This document shows positions 50,244 through 60,602 of a stretch of 64,000 bases of DNA, piece by piece. The position numbers and the translations under genes are program-made. Each line of letters opens with the position of its first letter. The stretch's first letter is position 1. The notes under the pieces are model-generated. The model ran no database searches. It had not been told where the DNA came from and saw nothing but the letters and a program-made list of their open reading frames with translations. This stretch comes from an uncultured cyanobacterium (GTDB lineage: Bacteria > Cyanobacteriota > Cyanobacteriia > Cyanobacteriales > Nostocaceae): the NCBI GenBank assembly GCA_963740315.1, contig CAVUDP010000004.1, positions 736,001 to 800,000 of the forward strand, in the 5' to 3' direction.

Positions 50244-50564
50244 ATGACTACAACTTATACCGTTGAATTCATCCATCAAGGTAAAACACACACTTTACAG
50301 GTACCTGAAGATAAAACAATTTTATCTGTTGCCGACGAGGCAGGTTTAGAGTTACCCTCTTCATGTAATGCTGGTGTTTGTACCACCTGTGCCGGTAAAA
50401 TCGTTAATGGTGGTAGCGTAGACCAAAGCGAGGGTATGGGAGTTAGTCCAGATTTACAAAATCAAGGTTTCGTATTACTTTGCGTTGCTTATCCTCGTTC
50501 AGATTTGAAAATCGAAACCGAGCAGGAAGATATTGTTTATCAAAATCAGTTTGGTAAGGGTTAG
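50244..50564 (+). CDS. Plant-type 2Fe-2S ferredoxin (FdC1/Fed3-like)
   Basis: CNAGVCTTC...LLCVAYPRSD; C-terminal VYQNQFG. Confidence 0.9.
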   Translation: MTTTYTVEFIHQGKTHTLQVPEDKTILSVADEAGLELPSSCNAGVCTTCAGKIVNGGSVDQSEGMGVSPDLQNQGFVLLCVAYPRSDLKIETEQEDIVYQNQFGKG

Positions 50565-50577
50565 TAGATAATTTGAG

Positions 50578-50618
50578 CTTAACGATCGACTGTTATTAAA
50601 TAGCAATCGATCGTTAAG
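50578..50618. terminator. Stem-loop downstream of the ferredoxin gene
   Basis: cttaacgatcga...tcgatcgttaag 12-bp stem. Confidence 0.55.
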
Positions 50619-50640
50619 TATGGAATATTGAACAGTTTTT

Positions 50641-50735
50641 TACTTATATAGCCAAGGAGTTACTTGTATAGCCAGCGAGTTACTTGTATAGCCAGCGAGT
50701 TACTTGTATAGCCAGCGAGCAAGATGCTCGCACTA
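50641..50735. repeat. 20-bp tandem repeat x4 merging into a REP-like palindrome
   Basis: (tacttgtatagccagcgagt)x4, first copy degenerate, then gcgagcaagatgctcgcacta. Confidence 0.9.
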
Positions 50736-50782
50736 AGGCTATATATTTATAAAATAGTTAAATTTAAACCGATTAAATTGAA

Positions 50783-50971
50783 ATGATTACTGATTTTATT
50801 AGCGTAGAAATTGATTTAGAAGAAAATACTGCTCAATTACACAAGTCTGTAAAAGCTGAATTAAATAAATATGGTAAACCTTTACGTTGGGCTATTACTT
50901 CTGTGGATTCTAATAAAGGAAAAGTTTTTGTAGAAGCGGTTGTCACAAATGGGGAATGGGAATGTTTATGA
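50783..50971 (+). CDS. Small conserved cyanobacterial hypothetical protein
   Basis: GKPLRWAITSVD...VEAVV motif; clean ORF. Confidence 0.75.
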   Translation: MITDFISVEIDLEENTAQLHKSVKAELNKYGKPLRWAITSVDSNKGKVFVEAVVTNGEWECL

Positions 50972-51165
50972 GTAAACCTAATTTTGCAGCAATGAATAAA
51001 GCAGAATTGCGAGCATATGCGATCGCACATCCAGATGATAAAGAGGCTTTTTACGCACTTGCTGATTTATTAACAGCAAATTCTTCTTCAAGTAAGTATC
51101 CCGCACAAATGACACCAGAAGAAATTAATCGAGCTGTTTTAGAACGGATTGAAAAAATGAAATAA
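50968..51165 (+). CDS. DUF6887-like small protein
   Basis: MSKPNFAAMNKAELRAY..AHPDD.EAF; ATGA overlap with the upstream stop. Confidence 0.7.
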   Translation: MSKPNFAAMNKAELRAYAIAHPDDKEAFYALADLLTANSSSSKYPAQMTPEEINRAVLERIEKMK

Positions 51166-51192
51166 TTCAACTTAGTAAAGAATCATTGGGAA

Positions 51193-51786
51193 ATGGCTTA
51201 CAGGGATTTGACATTAAGTAAGTTTAAAAATAAGTTTGATATTCATATAGAGGAAGCAGCCGATTTATTTGCGAAAGTTGAACCTTTAGAAGCAAGCGAT
51301 AAATTAAAAAGCGATTTAAAAGAGACTGTTGAACTGGCTTTAGCAATTAATACCGAAAAAGCACGTTCGGAAATGATTATTCTACCTATTATACTAGAAA
51401 TAAGACGTAGAGCTAATCATCAAATAAGTTTATTTTCAGGTACTAATTTTGATGTTGATATAGAAAAAGGTTTAAACGGTTATTGCAATTTTATTAATAG
51501 TCGTTCTAAGGAGCAATTATTAATTAATGCACCCGCGATAATTATTATTGAAGCTAAAAATGAGAATATTAAAAATGGATTGGGACAATGTGCGGGGGCA
51601 ATGTTGGCAGCACAAATATTTAATCAGCAGCAAAATAATGATATAAAAACTATCTATGGAGCAGTAACAACAGGAGATATTTGGAAGTTTATTAAATTAG
51701 AAGATAGCAATTTGTTTATTGATTTGAATAATTACTATATTAAGGAAATTGCGAAGATATTAGGAATTTTATATCAGGGTGTTTAA
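51193..51786 (+). CDS. Hypothetical protein, PD-(D/E)xK nuclease-like fold
   Basis: EKARSE, GYCNF, IIEAK, GLGQC, YGAVTTGDIWKF motifs. Confidence 0.65.
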   Translation: MAYRDLTLSKFKNKFDIHIEEAADLFAKVEPLEASDKLKSDLKETVELALAINTEKARSEMIILPIILEIRRRANHQISLFSGTNFDVDIEKGLNGYCNFINSRSKEQLLINAPAIIIIEAKNENIKNGLGQCAGAMLAAQIFNQQQNNDIKTIYGAVTTGDIWKFIKLEDSNLFIDLNNYYIKEIAKILGILYQGV

Positions 51787-51822
51787 CTGATAACTGCTCA
51801 CTGCTCACTGCTCACTGAATAA

Positions 51823-52881
51823 ATGCGTCCATATACTGCTATCTTAATTATTCCAACGGGTGTTGGAGCAGCCATCGGAGGTTATGCAGGTGATGCATTA
51901 CCTGTCGCTAAGGCTATGGCTGAAGTTTGTGATGTTTTGATAACCCATCCTAACGTCCTCAATGGTGCAATTTTGTACTGGAATTTACCCAACGCTTTGT
52001 ATGTTGAAGGTTACGGAATTGACAAATTTGCTGAAGGGAATTGGGGTTTACAGCCAGTACATCAAAATAAAATTGGTTTGATTTTCGATCGAGGAATTGA
52101 GCCAGATTTACGTTTAAGAAACATTCAAGCAGCAGACGCAGCTAGAGCAACGCTGGGATTAAATTTAACAGATTATGTAGTCACCGATGCCCCGCTAAAC
52201 GTTGAGTTACGCTCTGCTCAATCCGGTGCAAGCTGGGGTACCATAGGCAATCCAGATAGTTTGTTAAGGGCTGCGGAAGTATTGATAAATAAAGCTGGTG
52301 CGGAAGCGATCGCAGTTGTGGCGCGTTTTCCCGATTACCTTGATGAGGAAGCAGAGCAAAATTACCGTGAAGGGAAGGGAGTCGATCCAATCGCGGGTGC
52401 AGAAGCGGTAATCAGCCATTTGATAGTGCGAGAATTTCAGATTCCTTGCGCTCATTCTCCAACGTTTTCTCCACCTGCTTTAGATGCAAATTTATCTCCG
52501 CGTTCGGCTGCGGAAGAATTGGGTTATACTTTTTTACCAAGCGTACTTGTGGGCTTGAGTCGCGCACCTCAGTTTATTTCTAGGGAATCTAACGAATTTC
52601 CTAACAATAGCGATATATGGGTACCGGAAGTAGATGCTGTAATTGTACCAGCAAATGCTTGTGGTAGCAGCGCTTTACTAAGTTTGAGTCAAAAAAACTG
52701 TCAGATAATTACTGTAGAGGAAAATCAAACTCAAATGCAGGTACCTGCTCAATGTTTGGGAATCAAGACAATATCAGCAAGCTCTTACTTGGAAGCGATC
52801 GGAATATTAGCGGCTCATAAAGCAGGAATTAATCCATCTGTTATAAGTTCTACAATATTTTCTTTACAGTCGTTAGTTTAG
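51823..52881 (+). CDS. DUF3326 domain protein
   Basis: IIPTGVGAAIGGYAGDA, THPNVLNGA, GAEAVISH. Confidence 0.85.
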   Translation: MRPYTAILIIPTGVGAAIGGYAGDALPVAKAMAEVCDVLITHPNVLNGAILYWNLPNALYVEGYGIDKFAEGNWGLQPVHQNKIGLIFDRGIEPDLRLRNIQAADAARATLGLNLTDYVVTDAPLNVELRSAQSGASWGTIGNPDSLLRAAEVLINKAGAEAIAVVARFPDYLDEEAEQNYREGKGVDPIAGAEAVISHLIVREFQIPCAHSPTFSPPALDANLSPRSAAEELGYTFLPSVLVGLSRAPQFISRESNEFPNNSDIWVPEVDAVIVPANACGSSALLSLSQKNCQIITVEENQTQMQVPAQCLGIKTISASSYLEAIGILAAHKAGINPSVISSTIFSLQSLV

Positions 52882-52938
52882 ATGCTAATTGTTAGTTGTA
52901 AAGCAGCACTTAGATATAGGGTCAATCCAAAACAAAAT

Positions 52939-52990
52939 AAACGCATCCGTTGTTAAAAGCATCCGTTGTTAAAATCCAAAATCCAAAATT
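52939..52990. repeat. 16-bp repeat x2 plus AAATCCA heptamers (inverse copy of 3769-3829)
   Basis: aaacgcatccgttgttaaaagcatccgttgttaaaatccaaaatccaaaatt. Confidence 0.85.
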
Positions 52991-52992
52991 GA

Positions 52993-53577
52993 ATGACGCA
53001 ACAGCAAAAGAACGAGCCAGAAATTCCATACCTGACACGTACCCAAGTGCTGATGGCAATGGGTGTGACAGCTATTATTTTGTGGATTATTGCCAAACTG
53101 TGGTTGCAATTTGGTGATTCTACCTTAATGTCTTGGCGTTGGAATCGAAACGAATTATTGATAGGAGTGGCATTAGGTTTAACTATTACCCTCTTGAGTA
53201 GTTTAGCTTATCGGTTTTTGCCTTTATACCGTCAAAGCGCCAACTATTATTTGGAAATTGTACTCAAACCTTTAGCATTACCCGATTTAATTTGGTTGGG
53301 GTTGTTACCTGGGTTGAGTGAAGAATTATTGTTCAGAGGAGTAATGCTTCCAGCTTTAGGCTTTAATCACTTAGCCGTAATTGTATCAAGTATTTGCTTT
53401 GGCGTTTTACATCTGAGCGGTTCTGGGCAATGGGCTTATGTGTTTTGGGCAACTATTGTTGGAGTAATTTTAGGATACAGTGCCCTTTTGAGCGGTAACT
53501 TATTAGTTCCGATAATTGCTCATGTTGTAACTAATTTAGTCTCTAGCTACTTCTGGAAAATACAGCAATTTAAATAA
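52993..53577 (+). CDS. CPBP (Abi/CAAX) family intramembrane protease
   Basis: EELLFRG, FGVLH, AHVVTN motifs. Confidence 0.9.
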   Translation: MTQQQKNEPEIPYLTRTQVLMAMGVTAIILWIIAKLWLQFGDSTLMSWRWNRNELLIGVALGLTITLLSSLAYRFLPLYRQSANYYLEIVLKPLALPDLIWLGLLPGLSEELLFRGVMLPALGFNHLAVIVSSICFGVLHLSGSGQWAYVFWATIVGVILGYSALLSGNLLVPIIAHVVTNLVSSYFWKIQQFK

Positions 53578-53855
53578 TTAATAATCAAAAATCCTTACCG
53601 CCGTTGAAATTATTGAATCTATGAACTCAACATACTGATATTAACATTACGTCTATCTTCTTCTAATTTAATAACATTTTTTATTGTAAATGGCGACTTA
53701 CTTAGAATCGCTACCTTAAACTTAATTCCGTCTATCTAGTGATAAACGGAATTTCAGATTTTTATTTAATATACTTTCTTAACGCTTCTGTACGATCGCG
53801 CGATCGCTCAAAAAGTTTTTATGCCAGAAGTTAACTTTCTGTGTGAATAAAGTAC

Positions 53856-56495
53856 TCAAGCAGCAATATCGCTTTTATCAAAATTATCTACTGAATGATT
53901 TCGTAAAACTTGCTTTATTTTAGGTGATTGTCTATTGCTGAATTTTTCAGGGAAATTAAGCTCGATCGCAACTTTTCCGCGTTCTTCTTCAACAAGATTG
54001 ATTTCAGCTACAAATCTAGTAGGTGGAGTATTTTCACCTTTTAGACTCAACAGCAAACCAACTAATGGTTTCATATTTTGCATTTTTTCTAAATCTTGTC
54101 TTCCCAGCAATCGATCGTTATTTGATAAAGATTTTTTACTATCTAATTCCAGCCGTAAACTTGTTATTCCTAATTCGCTAACAACTCCACTAAAGAAATG
54201 ACCATCCCAATAAAGTTGAGCGCTGGTATTTACCTGCTTGCGTATTTTTTTGGTCGTGGTTGGTTTTAATTCGCGCAAAGAACGAGTTATGCTGCTGGCT
54301 AAAAAACCAAGAGAAGCAATTGGTTTATCCGCGTTTTCTCGATTTTGCGAATACCATTCTTTGACATCAGAATACATAACTAAGGCTAAATCATCCATTT
54401 GGGCGCGGGTAACATTAATGAAATCGACTCCCAACTGAGTTTCTGTTTCATTTACGGGAGTAACTCGGACAACCCTTGCAGTTACAACAGCACGAGCGTC
54501 AAAATCTCCCATAACCTCAATCTGTACTTCATCTGGTAAATTAGACCATGATTCCAAGGATATTAAAGCACCAGTTTCTGAAATATTAATTGTTTCTCCC
54601 ATAATGGTTTGCTCGTCGCTAGAAATAACCGCAGCAAGCCGTCTTTGCAAACGGTGAGCGCTACGAATCTGTGGTTGTTCAAATCCTACGAGTAAAGCTG
54701 CCGTTAGCAAAATCAAGTTAAAGCCACACCATAAAGTGTTAACCAATACTGCTTCCGAATCTTCTGGGTGTAATAACAACCAAGAAGGAACTGTAAGCAA
54801 GGCAGCTGTTACTAATAGTGTTACTATCACCAAACCGCGCATCGATGCCCAGTCAAAGGTACGCTTGGTAACGTTTATCCCTTTATCGGTAACGTTAAAG
54901 GTACCCATTTTGGGATTAAACAGCGCTAATAAAGTTACCCAACCCGCTTGGAAAGACATGACAAATTCAAAAATTTCGTTCCAGAAGGAAAATCGGACGT
55001 GTTTGTAAATAATGTGGTTGGTAGCGAGGGAAAGAAGAATATGCGGTACGGCATATGCTAAAGTTTCTAAACCCAAACCTTGGATGGGATTGACCCCAAA
55101 TAACAAGAACAAGGTGGGAATGATTGCGTATACGAGTCGGGGATAGCCGTATAAAAAGTGGGAAGTAGCGCTCAAGTAACAAATTCGTTGAGCAAAATTT
55201 AAATTTAACTTGGGATTAAATAATGGGTTTTCAATTCTAAGAATCTGCGCCATTCCTCTAGCCCAGCGTACTTGTTGACCAACATAGGCTGAAAAGGTAT
55301 CTGGTGCTAACCCCGCTACCATGATTTTGTCGTAGTAAACGGATTTATAACCTTTTGAGTGCAAACGTAATGCTGTGTGACAATCTTCTGTTACCGTTTC
55401 AACCGCAATCCCTCCAACTTCCAAAGCATGAGTTTTACGAATAACTGCTGCTGAACCGCAGAAAAATGATGCGTTCCAAAAATCATTTCCTTTTTGCAGT
55501 ACTTTGTAAAATAGTTCGTTACCTACAGGGATTTTTCCGTCAGTAAGTAAGTTGCGCTCGAAGGGATCGGGATTATAAAACCAGTGGGGTGTTTGTACAA
55601 AGGATACTTTGGGGTCGTAAAAGAAACCTACAGTGTGTAGGAGAAATTGCCGAGATGGAACGTGGTCGCAGTCTAAAATTAATACTAAATCGCCGTTAGT
55701 TTTATAAAAAGCAGTGTTGATGTTACCAGCTTTGGCATGGTCGTTATTATCTCGTCCCATATGGATGCAGCCAAGTTCTTCACACATTTGCTGCAACTGT
55801 TCTCGTCTGATGCGGAAAGTCTCTCGACGCGGATCGTCTTCTTTATACTTTTCAGGACGACCATCATCGAGAACGTAAACCTTCTTTTTGCCGGGAGCGT
55901 AATCGCAAACCAAAGCTGCTAATGCTGTTTTACGAACAATTTCAACATCTTCGTTATAAGTGGGAATGTAAATATCAACATCAAACCATTCATCTTGGGG
56001 AATGGTAGAAATATCGATCGGTTTACGTTCTTTAATTTTTAAGGTTTGAAAGTATGCTAATACCAAGGAGAAAATTGCATACAATTCTGCTGTTAGTAGG
56101 GTGACACAAGCAATACTATTTACCCATCCGTCGAAGTTAAGCGTGTAGCTCAGACGGTAATATAAATACCGCATTGTCGTTACCAGACTCAGCCACACCA
56201 TAAACAGGTGATAATATTGACTAACTTCTGTTGAAGATTCTTGTTCTTCTGCTCCTAATACTAACTGACCTAGTAGTACCAAAAATACTGCTATTGCTCC
56301 TTGCTGCCAAACTTCTAGCGGTGTAACAATCAGCGGAATTGAAAATACTAGTAGCAGTAAAATTAGCCACTTAAAATGTTTGATTCCAACTTTTTTTAAA
56401 GTCTTATCAAAAAAGCTGGGTGTGAGGTCAATCAGCCATCTGCTTATGTTAAAGCGTTGGCGTTTTTTATCAGATTTTTGGACTGAGGAGGGCAT
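53856..56495 (-). CDS. bcsA: Cellulose synthase catalytic subunit-like GT2 with PilZ domain
   Basis: PTYNE, DDG, HAKAGN, DCD, QTPH, FFCGS, TED, QQVRW; PilZ RSAHR...NISETG. Confidence 0.88.
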   Translation of the reverse strand: MPSSVQKSDKKRQRFNISRWLIDLTPSFFDKTLKKVGIKHFKWLILLLLVFSIPLIVTPLEVWQQGAIAVFLVLLGQLVLGAEEQESSTEVSQYYHLFMVWLSLVTTMRYLYYRLSYTLNFDGWVNSIACVTLLTAELYAIFSLVLAYFQTLKIKERKPIDISTIPQDEWFDVDIYIPTYNEDVEIVRKTALAALVCDYAPGKKKVYVLDDGRPEKYKEDDPRRETFRIRREQLQQMCEELGCIHMGRDNNDHAKAGNINTAFYKTNGDLVLILDCDHVPSRQFLLHTVGFFYDPKVSFVQTPHWFYNPDPFERNLLTDGKIPVGNELFYKVLQKGNDFWNASFFCGSAAVIRKTHALEVGGIAVETVTEDCHTALRLHSKGYKSVYYDKIMVAGLAPDTFSAYVGQQVRWARGMAQILRIENPLFNPKLNLNFAQRICYLSATSHFLYGYPRLVYAIIPTLFLLFGVNPIQGLGLETLAYAVPHILLSLATNHIIYKHVRFSFWNEIFEFVMSFQAGWVTLLALFNPKMGTFNVTDKGINVTKRTFDWASMRGLVIVTLLVTAALLTVPSWLLLHPEDSEAVLVNTLWCGFNLILLTAALLVGFEQPQIRSAHRLQRRLAAVISSDEQTIMGETINISETGALISLESWSNLPDEVQIEVMGDFDARAVVTARVVRVTPVNETETQLGVDFINVTRAQMDDLALVMYSDVKEWYSQNRENADKPIASLGFLASSITRSLRELKPTTTKKIRKQVNTSAQLYWDGHFFSGVVSELGITSLRLELDSKKSLSNNDRLLGRQDLEKMQNMKPLVGLLLSLKGENTPPTRFVAEINLVEEERGKVAIELNFPEKFSNRQSPKIKQVLRNHSVDNFDKSDIAA

Positions 56496-56641
56496 GGCAA
56501 TTTAAATTTAGTTATTAAAGGTGATGCAGTCAATCGGTTATTAAACAAGGGAGTGGGGAGTAGGGAGAGGGGGGAGAGGGGGTAGAGGGGGTAGAAAATT
56601 AACTGTTAACGGCAGCAAGCTATTCCCCTACCCATTACCCA

Positions 56642-58945
56642 TTACCTCCTCTGAGCAGTAGAAATCCGCTTTAGATACAGCTGAACTATTCCATAAAGTA
56701 TTAAAGATAAACCGACAATACCTGCGGGTACTAACAGCCAGTTTTCCTGTAGCATCCGCGTCATTTTGCTCAAAAGGCTAGTATCTTCGATGCGACGAGT
56801 TTCAGGAGCATTGTCAAAGAATGCTAACTGATAGCCGTCTGGATCGTAAGCAACTGGGTTTTTCTTATCGCTGCTAATTAATACCGTATCCTTCTTGAGT
56901 TGGAAGAACCAAGGGTCTTTACTTAATACTTCTTGTACTCTTTCTAACCCAGTATCCGTCTGAGCAGTCAAAGCCAACACAACGCGATCGCCATTCCAAG
57001 GAGAGAGTATTTGCTTGATCATTCCTTGTTTATCTTGAGGAACTGTAACGCTTGCTTGGGCTGAACCACGTCCGAACGATCTACCCAAGTTAAACCCTGG
57101 AGATTTGAATACGTCAGGTAAAGGAAACTCGTCTCGCGTACCAATTGCTACTAAATGTTCGTTTTTACGTACTTCTGGAGGCAATGTATTTGAAGTATAA
57201 ACATCTAGCTTGACTGCATCCGCACGACTCAATCTTCCTAAACGTTCGCTAAAGGCAAGCATTGTCAATATATCTGTACCGCTCGGCTCTTGTGGAAGTA
57301 CGATCGCTGTTTTAGATAAATCTTGAGGTGCAGCAAAGGGGAATCCATACTGCATTAATTGCAGGTTCGGTAGCTCTACGGAATTTTCTCGTTTTAAATC
57401 GAAGCTGGTATCGGAATGAACGGTACCTGTAAGCTGTTGGTCTGGTGGGCTGATACAGTTTGTTTTATCAAACGGTTCTTTGGGATTCATCCGGAAAAAT
57501 ACCTGGATCTTAGAATCAGGCTTAACCAATTTGGCTGGTAAATCTACTTTGAGATTTTTCTCCATTTCTCCTTGGTCTGAATCTAGTCGCGCTCCACCGA
57601 TAAATACTCCATCTAACAAGACTTCTACAGCAGAGGTTCTGGGATTCATCTGCGGTCCGTAGCTGTAAACCAAGTTCATCGAACTACCGCGCACAAATCT
57701 GTCATCCGGTAATGCACGGAAGTCTATTTCGATTGGTGGAGCCGCAGAACCACGAACGCTGACATCTCTGAAAGGATCGCCGTTAACTTGAGTTTTGATA
57801 TCGCTGAGTTTGAAGTTATTAGATTCCGGTAGATAACGCGACCATTCTCTTTTTCCTGGTGTAGTCAATTCTTCTAGTTCTGTGATTAAAACAAATTGCT
57901 CTGCACCCATTTTTCGCGAAGAAGGCTGTGCTAAGAACCTTGCAGCTTTAGCAACTCCCTTTGCACCATTTCCAGTGGCAACTAAAACAGGGACTTTACC
58001 TTTTTTTGTCGTAGTTAAGATTAATACTCCTGTATCTTCTGGTATTGCATTTCCATCGGCATTTAAAATTTGAGAACCCGCTATTTTCTGAGGTAATTCC
58101 AAGTCTGCTAGAGCAGGTTGTTCGCTGGGAGTACCGATGATAACTAATCTCTCATTAGTAGATACTTTTGAAATATCGGAAATTAAATCTGTCTCTATCG
58201 GACGAAATTCAGCTTGCCTCCCTAATGAAGCTTGCAAACGAGCTGCTCCCTCTAACCAAGATCGATCGGTAGTCTGAGGTTTTAAATAAACGATGCGGTT
58301 GGTGTCTAAATTGAGGTTATCAAAGAAGGGATAGGGATAGTTGCTGAAATTGAGCGGAATTGGTTTACGTGCGTAGTCAAAAATTAATTTTGAGTCTGGT
58401 AATATTTCCGTCCATAGGGTTGGATCGCCCGGATCGCTACATCCCTCTGTATTGTTCTGCTGCGCTACAATCTTGAGTTCGTTATACTCTTGCAGTAGCT
58501 TTGGCGGAATGTTTAAAAGTACTCGACCAACTTGAGATTTTTTGCGATTTAGAGGGATGCTACCTACAGCCGTATCGTTGACAAGTACTGTTAAGTTAGA
58601 GCGATTCGCGTAGAGCGCTGGTGAATGTTGAAAGTGAAGCTCGGCTTTTACAGTACCTACATCCCAACCACGAGGACGAGTAAAACCCAGACAACCTTCA
58701 GAATAAACCCCTCGCAAACGCATCCGATTGCCAACTATTGGACTGCGGTTGAATTCTAAAATGTATTTCTCGTCGTATTTGGTTGAGGAAGTTTTCGAGT
58801 TCCTAGTTGCTTGTGCGAATAAAATACCTTCAGAATTTGTTATTTGATTCCTACTAGCGGCTTGGGCAGTTGGTAAAGTGGATAATAAACAAAAAGATAT
58901 AAGAAATGCTTTGTTAACCGCTTTAAAATTAAATAGATGCTTCAT
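56642..58945 (-). CDS. bcsB: Cellulose synthase periplasmic subunit BcsB-like
   Basis: Signal peptide, two repeats with YPYPFF / GFPF motifs, SPW....VL, single C-terminal TM; adjacent to bcsA. Confidence 0.82.
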   Translation of the reverse strand: MKHLFNFKAVNKAFLISFCLLSTLPTAQAASRNQITNSEGILFAQATRNSKTSSTKYDEKYILEFNRSPIVGNRMRLRGVYSEGCLGFTRPRGWDVGTVKAELHFQHSPALYANRSNLTVLVNDTAVGSIPLNRKKSQVGRVLLNIPPKLLQEYNELKIVAQQNNTEGCSDPGDPTLWTEILPDSKLIFDYARKPIPLNFSNYPYPFFDNLNLDTNRIVYLKPQTTDRSWLEGAARLQASLGRQAEFRPIETDLISDISKVSTNERLVIIGTPSEQPALADLELPQKIAGSQILNADGNAIPEDTGVLILTTTKKGKVPVLVATGNGAKGVAKAARFLAQPSSRKMGAEQFVLITELEELTTPGKREWSRYLPESNNFKLSDIKTQVNGDPFRDVSVRGSAAPPIEIDFRALPDDRFVRGSSMNLVYSYGPQMNPRTSAVEVLLDGVFIGGARLDSDQGEMEKNLKVDLPAKLVKPDSKIQVFFRMNPKEPFDKTNCISPPDQQLTGTVHSDTSFDLKRENSVELPNLQLMQYGFPFAAPQDLSKTAIVLPQEPSGTDILTMLAFSERLGRLSRADAVKLDVYTSNTLPPEVRKNEHLVAIGTRDEFPLPDVFKSPGFNLGRSFGRGSAQASVTVPQDKQGMIKQILSPWNGDRVVLALTAQTDTGLERVQEVLSKDPWFFQLKKDTVLISSDKKNPVAYDPDGYQLAFFDNAPETRRIEDTSLLSKMTRMLQENWLLVPAGIVGLSLILYGIVQLYLKRISTAQRR

Positions 58946-59099
58946 AACACAGTATTTTAATTATTAGGTAAATAGAGGATGAATTGGTTTTAAAATGCTT
59001 TTTTGATTGGTGAAAATACTTGAACTAAGTATTTAGTTGATTACTTAAGTATTGCTGCCAACATTTTATTCGCTTTCTTTCTAAAAGTGCCATAACTTC

Positions 59100-60362
59100 T
59101 TAATTACTTTGCAAAAGTTCTGGAGAAATTGCTGATGGAGATAGCAAGCCCAACCAAGCTAGATTCTGAGTGTAGTAAGCTTCGTTATCATCCCAAACTT
59201 CTTGTTGGTACTGAGGTAGCAATTTTTTGTCTAACAACTCTTGAGCCAATTCTGGTTCTATCAGCTTAGTTGCTGCATACAGCATGGCGTATTGAGATGT
59301 CGCTTCGTAATTTACCAAAGCTTTACCTTCAAGGTTTATCCGTGCTGGTATGCTCGACTGTTCCCGCCACAGCTTGAGCGGATACTGAATAGATGTTTCC
59401 AGATAGCTTCGTGCTTCGGATGAATTAAACCAGCTTGCATCCAATGCGATTCGCCACCAAACGCGAAATGCATCAAAACTATATACGCTACTCAGTGAGC
59501 TATCAGAAGGTAAAGGTTGATATTTTCCTGTTTTTGAATCCAAAGCAACCCAGTCGCTAGGTAAATTTACAGTGCTTAGTTGTCTAGAATCTTTTAATAC
59601 TTCATAGCTACTATCCACCAAGCTCAACCAATCTCTTTCGGGGTCAACTTGAGCAAACAAGCGAAAAGCATAAGGAGCAAAGTAAGAGGGGTTGAGATAA
59701 AAAGTGGATGTGTTTTTCACAAATGCAGCTTTGGGACCCGGTAGCAAATAGCGTTTTTCAGATCCAACTACAGTTGAATATTTCCACAAATCTTGCAGTT
59801 TAGTTTTTGCTATTTTCAAGTATTCCGGACGATTCCACCTTCTTGATGCCAATATCAAAGCAGTAATAGCATCTATATCCCCATCACTAGCAAAATTCTT
59901 ATCTATCGCACCCCAGCTACCATCAGATGTACGCCCCCATTTCCAAGCCCATAAATTATCTATAGGTTTGCCATTTTCTAGTCTTCGGAGATTGTTTTCT
60001 CCCCAATTTAAAGTTAGGGCAAAGGTTGCAGGGTCATCGATCAGTACCGCCCGTAACATTGCATAGGCTTGACCTTCACTAGTCGAACGATCGCTAGCTT
60101 CGTAATCAATTACTCTTCCATCTCTCTGGATAAATCGACGACGATAGCTATCCCAGCTTTCCACTAGTAACTTTTTATTGGGAGTCGATGGAGGAAGGGC
60201 TGCCATAAATTGAACGCGATCGTCGTTGATCGCTAAGGGGGTAGGTGTTGATTCGGGGGATTTTATGCTGGGTTTTTCGAGACTATTTGCTGAATCACCC
60301 CCTTTACAGCCGCACAAAGTAATTAAGCTTAATATAGCTACTACTTTTGGAATATAGTTCAT
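59100..60362 (-). CDS. bcsZ: GH8 endoglucanase lipoprotein (BcsZ-like)
   Basis: Lipobox LCGC; TSEGQAY, ASDGD, NPSY, FDAFR. Confidence 0.85.
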   Translation of the reverse strand: MNYIPKVVAILSLITLCGCKGGDSANSLEKPSIKSPESTPTPLAINDDRVQFMAALPPSTPNKKLLVESWDSYRRRFIQRDGRVIDYEASDRSTSEGQAYAMLRAVLIDDPATFALTLNWGENNLRRLENGKPIDNLWAWKWGRTSDGSWGAIDKNFASDGDIDAITALILASRRWNRPEYLKIAKTKLQDLWKYSTVVGSEKRYLLPGPKAAFVKNTSTFYLNPSYFAPYAFRLFAQVDPERDWLSLVDSSYEVLKDSRQLSTVNLPSDWVALDSKTGKYQPLPSDSSLSSVYSFDAFRVWWRIALDASWFNSSEARSYLETSIQYPLKLWREQSSIPARINLEGKALVNYEATSQYAMLYAATKLIEPELAQELLDKKLLPQYQQEVWDDNEAYYTQNLAWLGLLSPSAISPELLQSN

Positions 60363-60602
60363 CTTTAAGGAGCGTTTTGATTAATTTTTCTAGTTATCAA
60401 AATTTCTCAAAATTGTATTTGAAAAACTTCTTTTGATTACTATTCCCTTTGTAGTCCGTATAATTGACTAAAGAACGTATTCTTTATAAAAAATTTGTTT
60501 GGATGATGATTTCGCTGCATATTCTTTATTAAGAGGGAGTAGGGAGAAGAGGTAACGCGATAAAAACCCGCCCTTGCTACAAGCACGAGCGGCAATTCAA
60601 AA

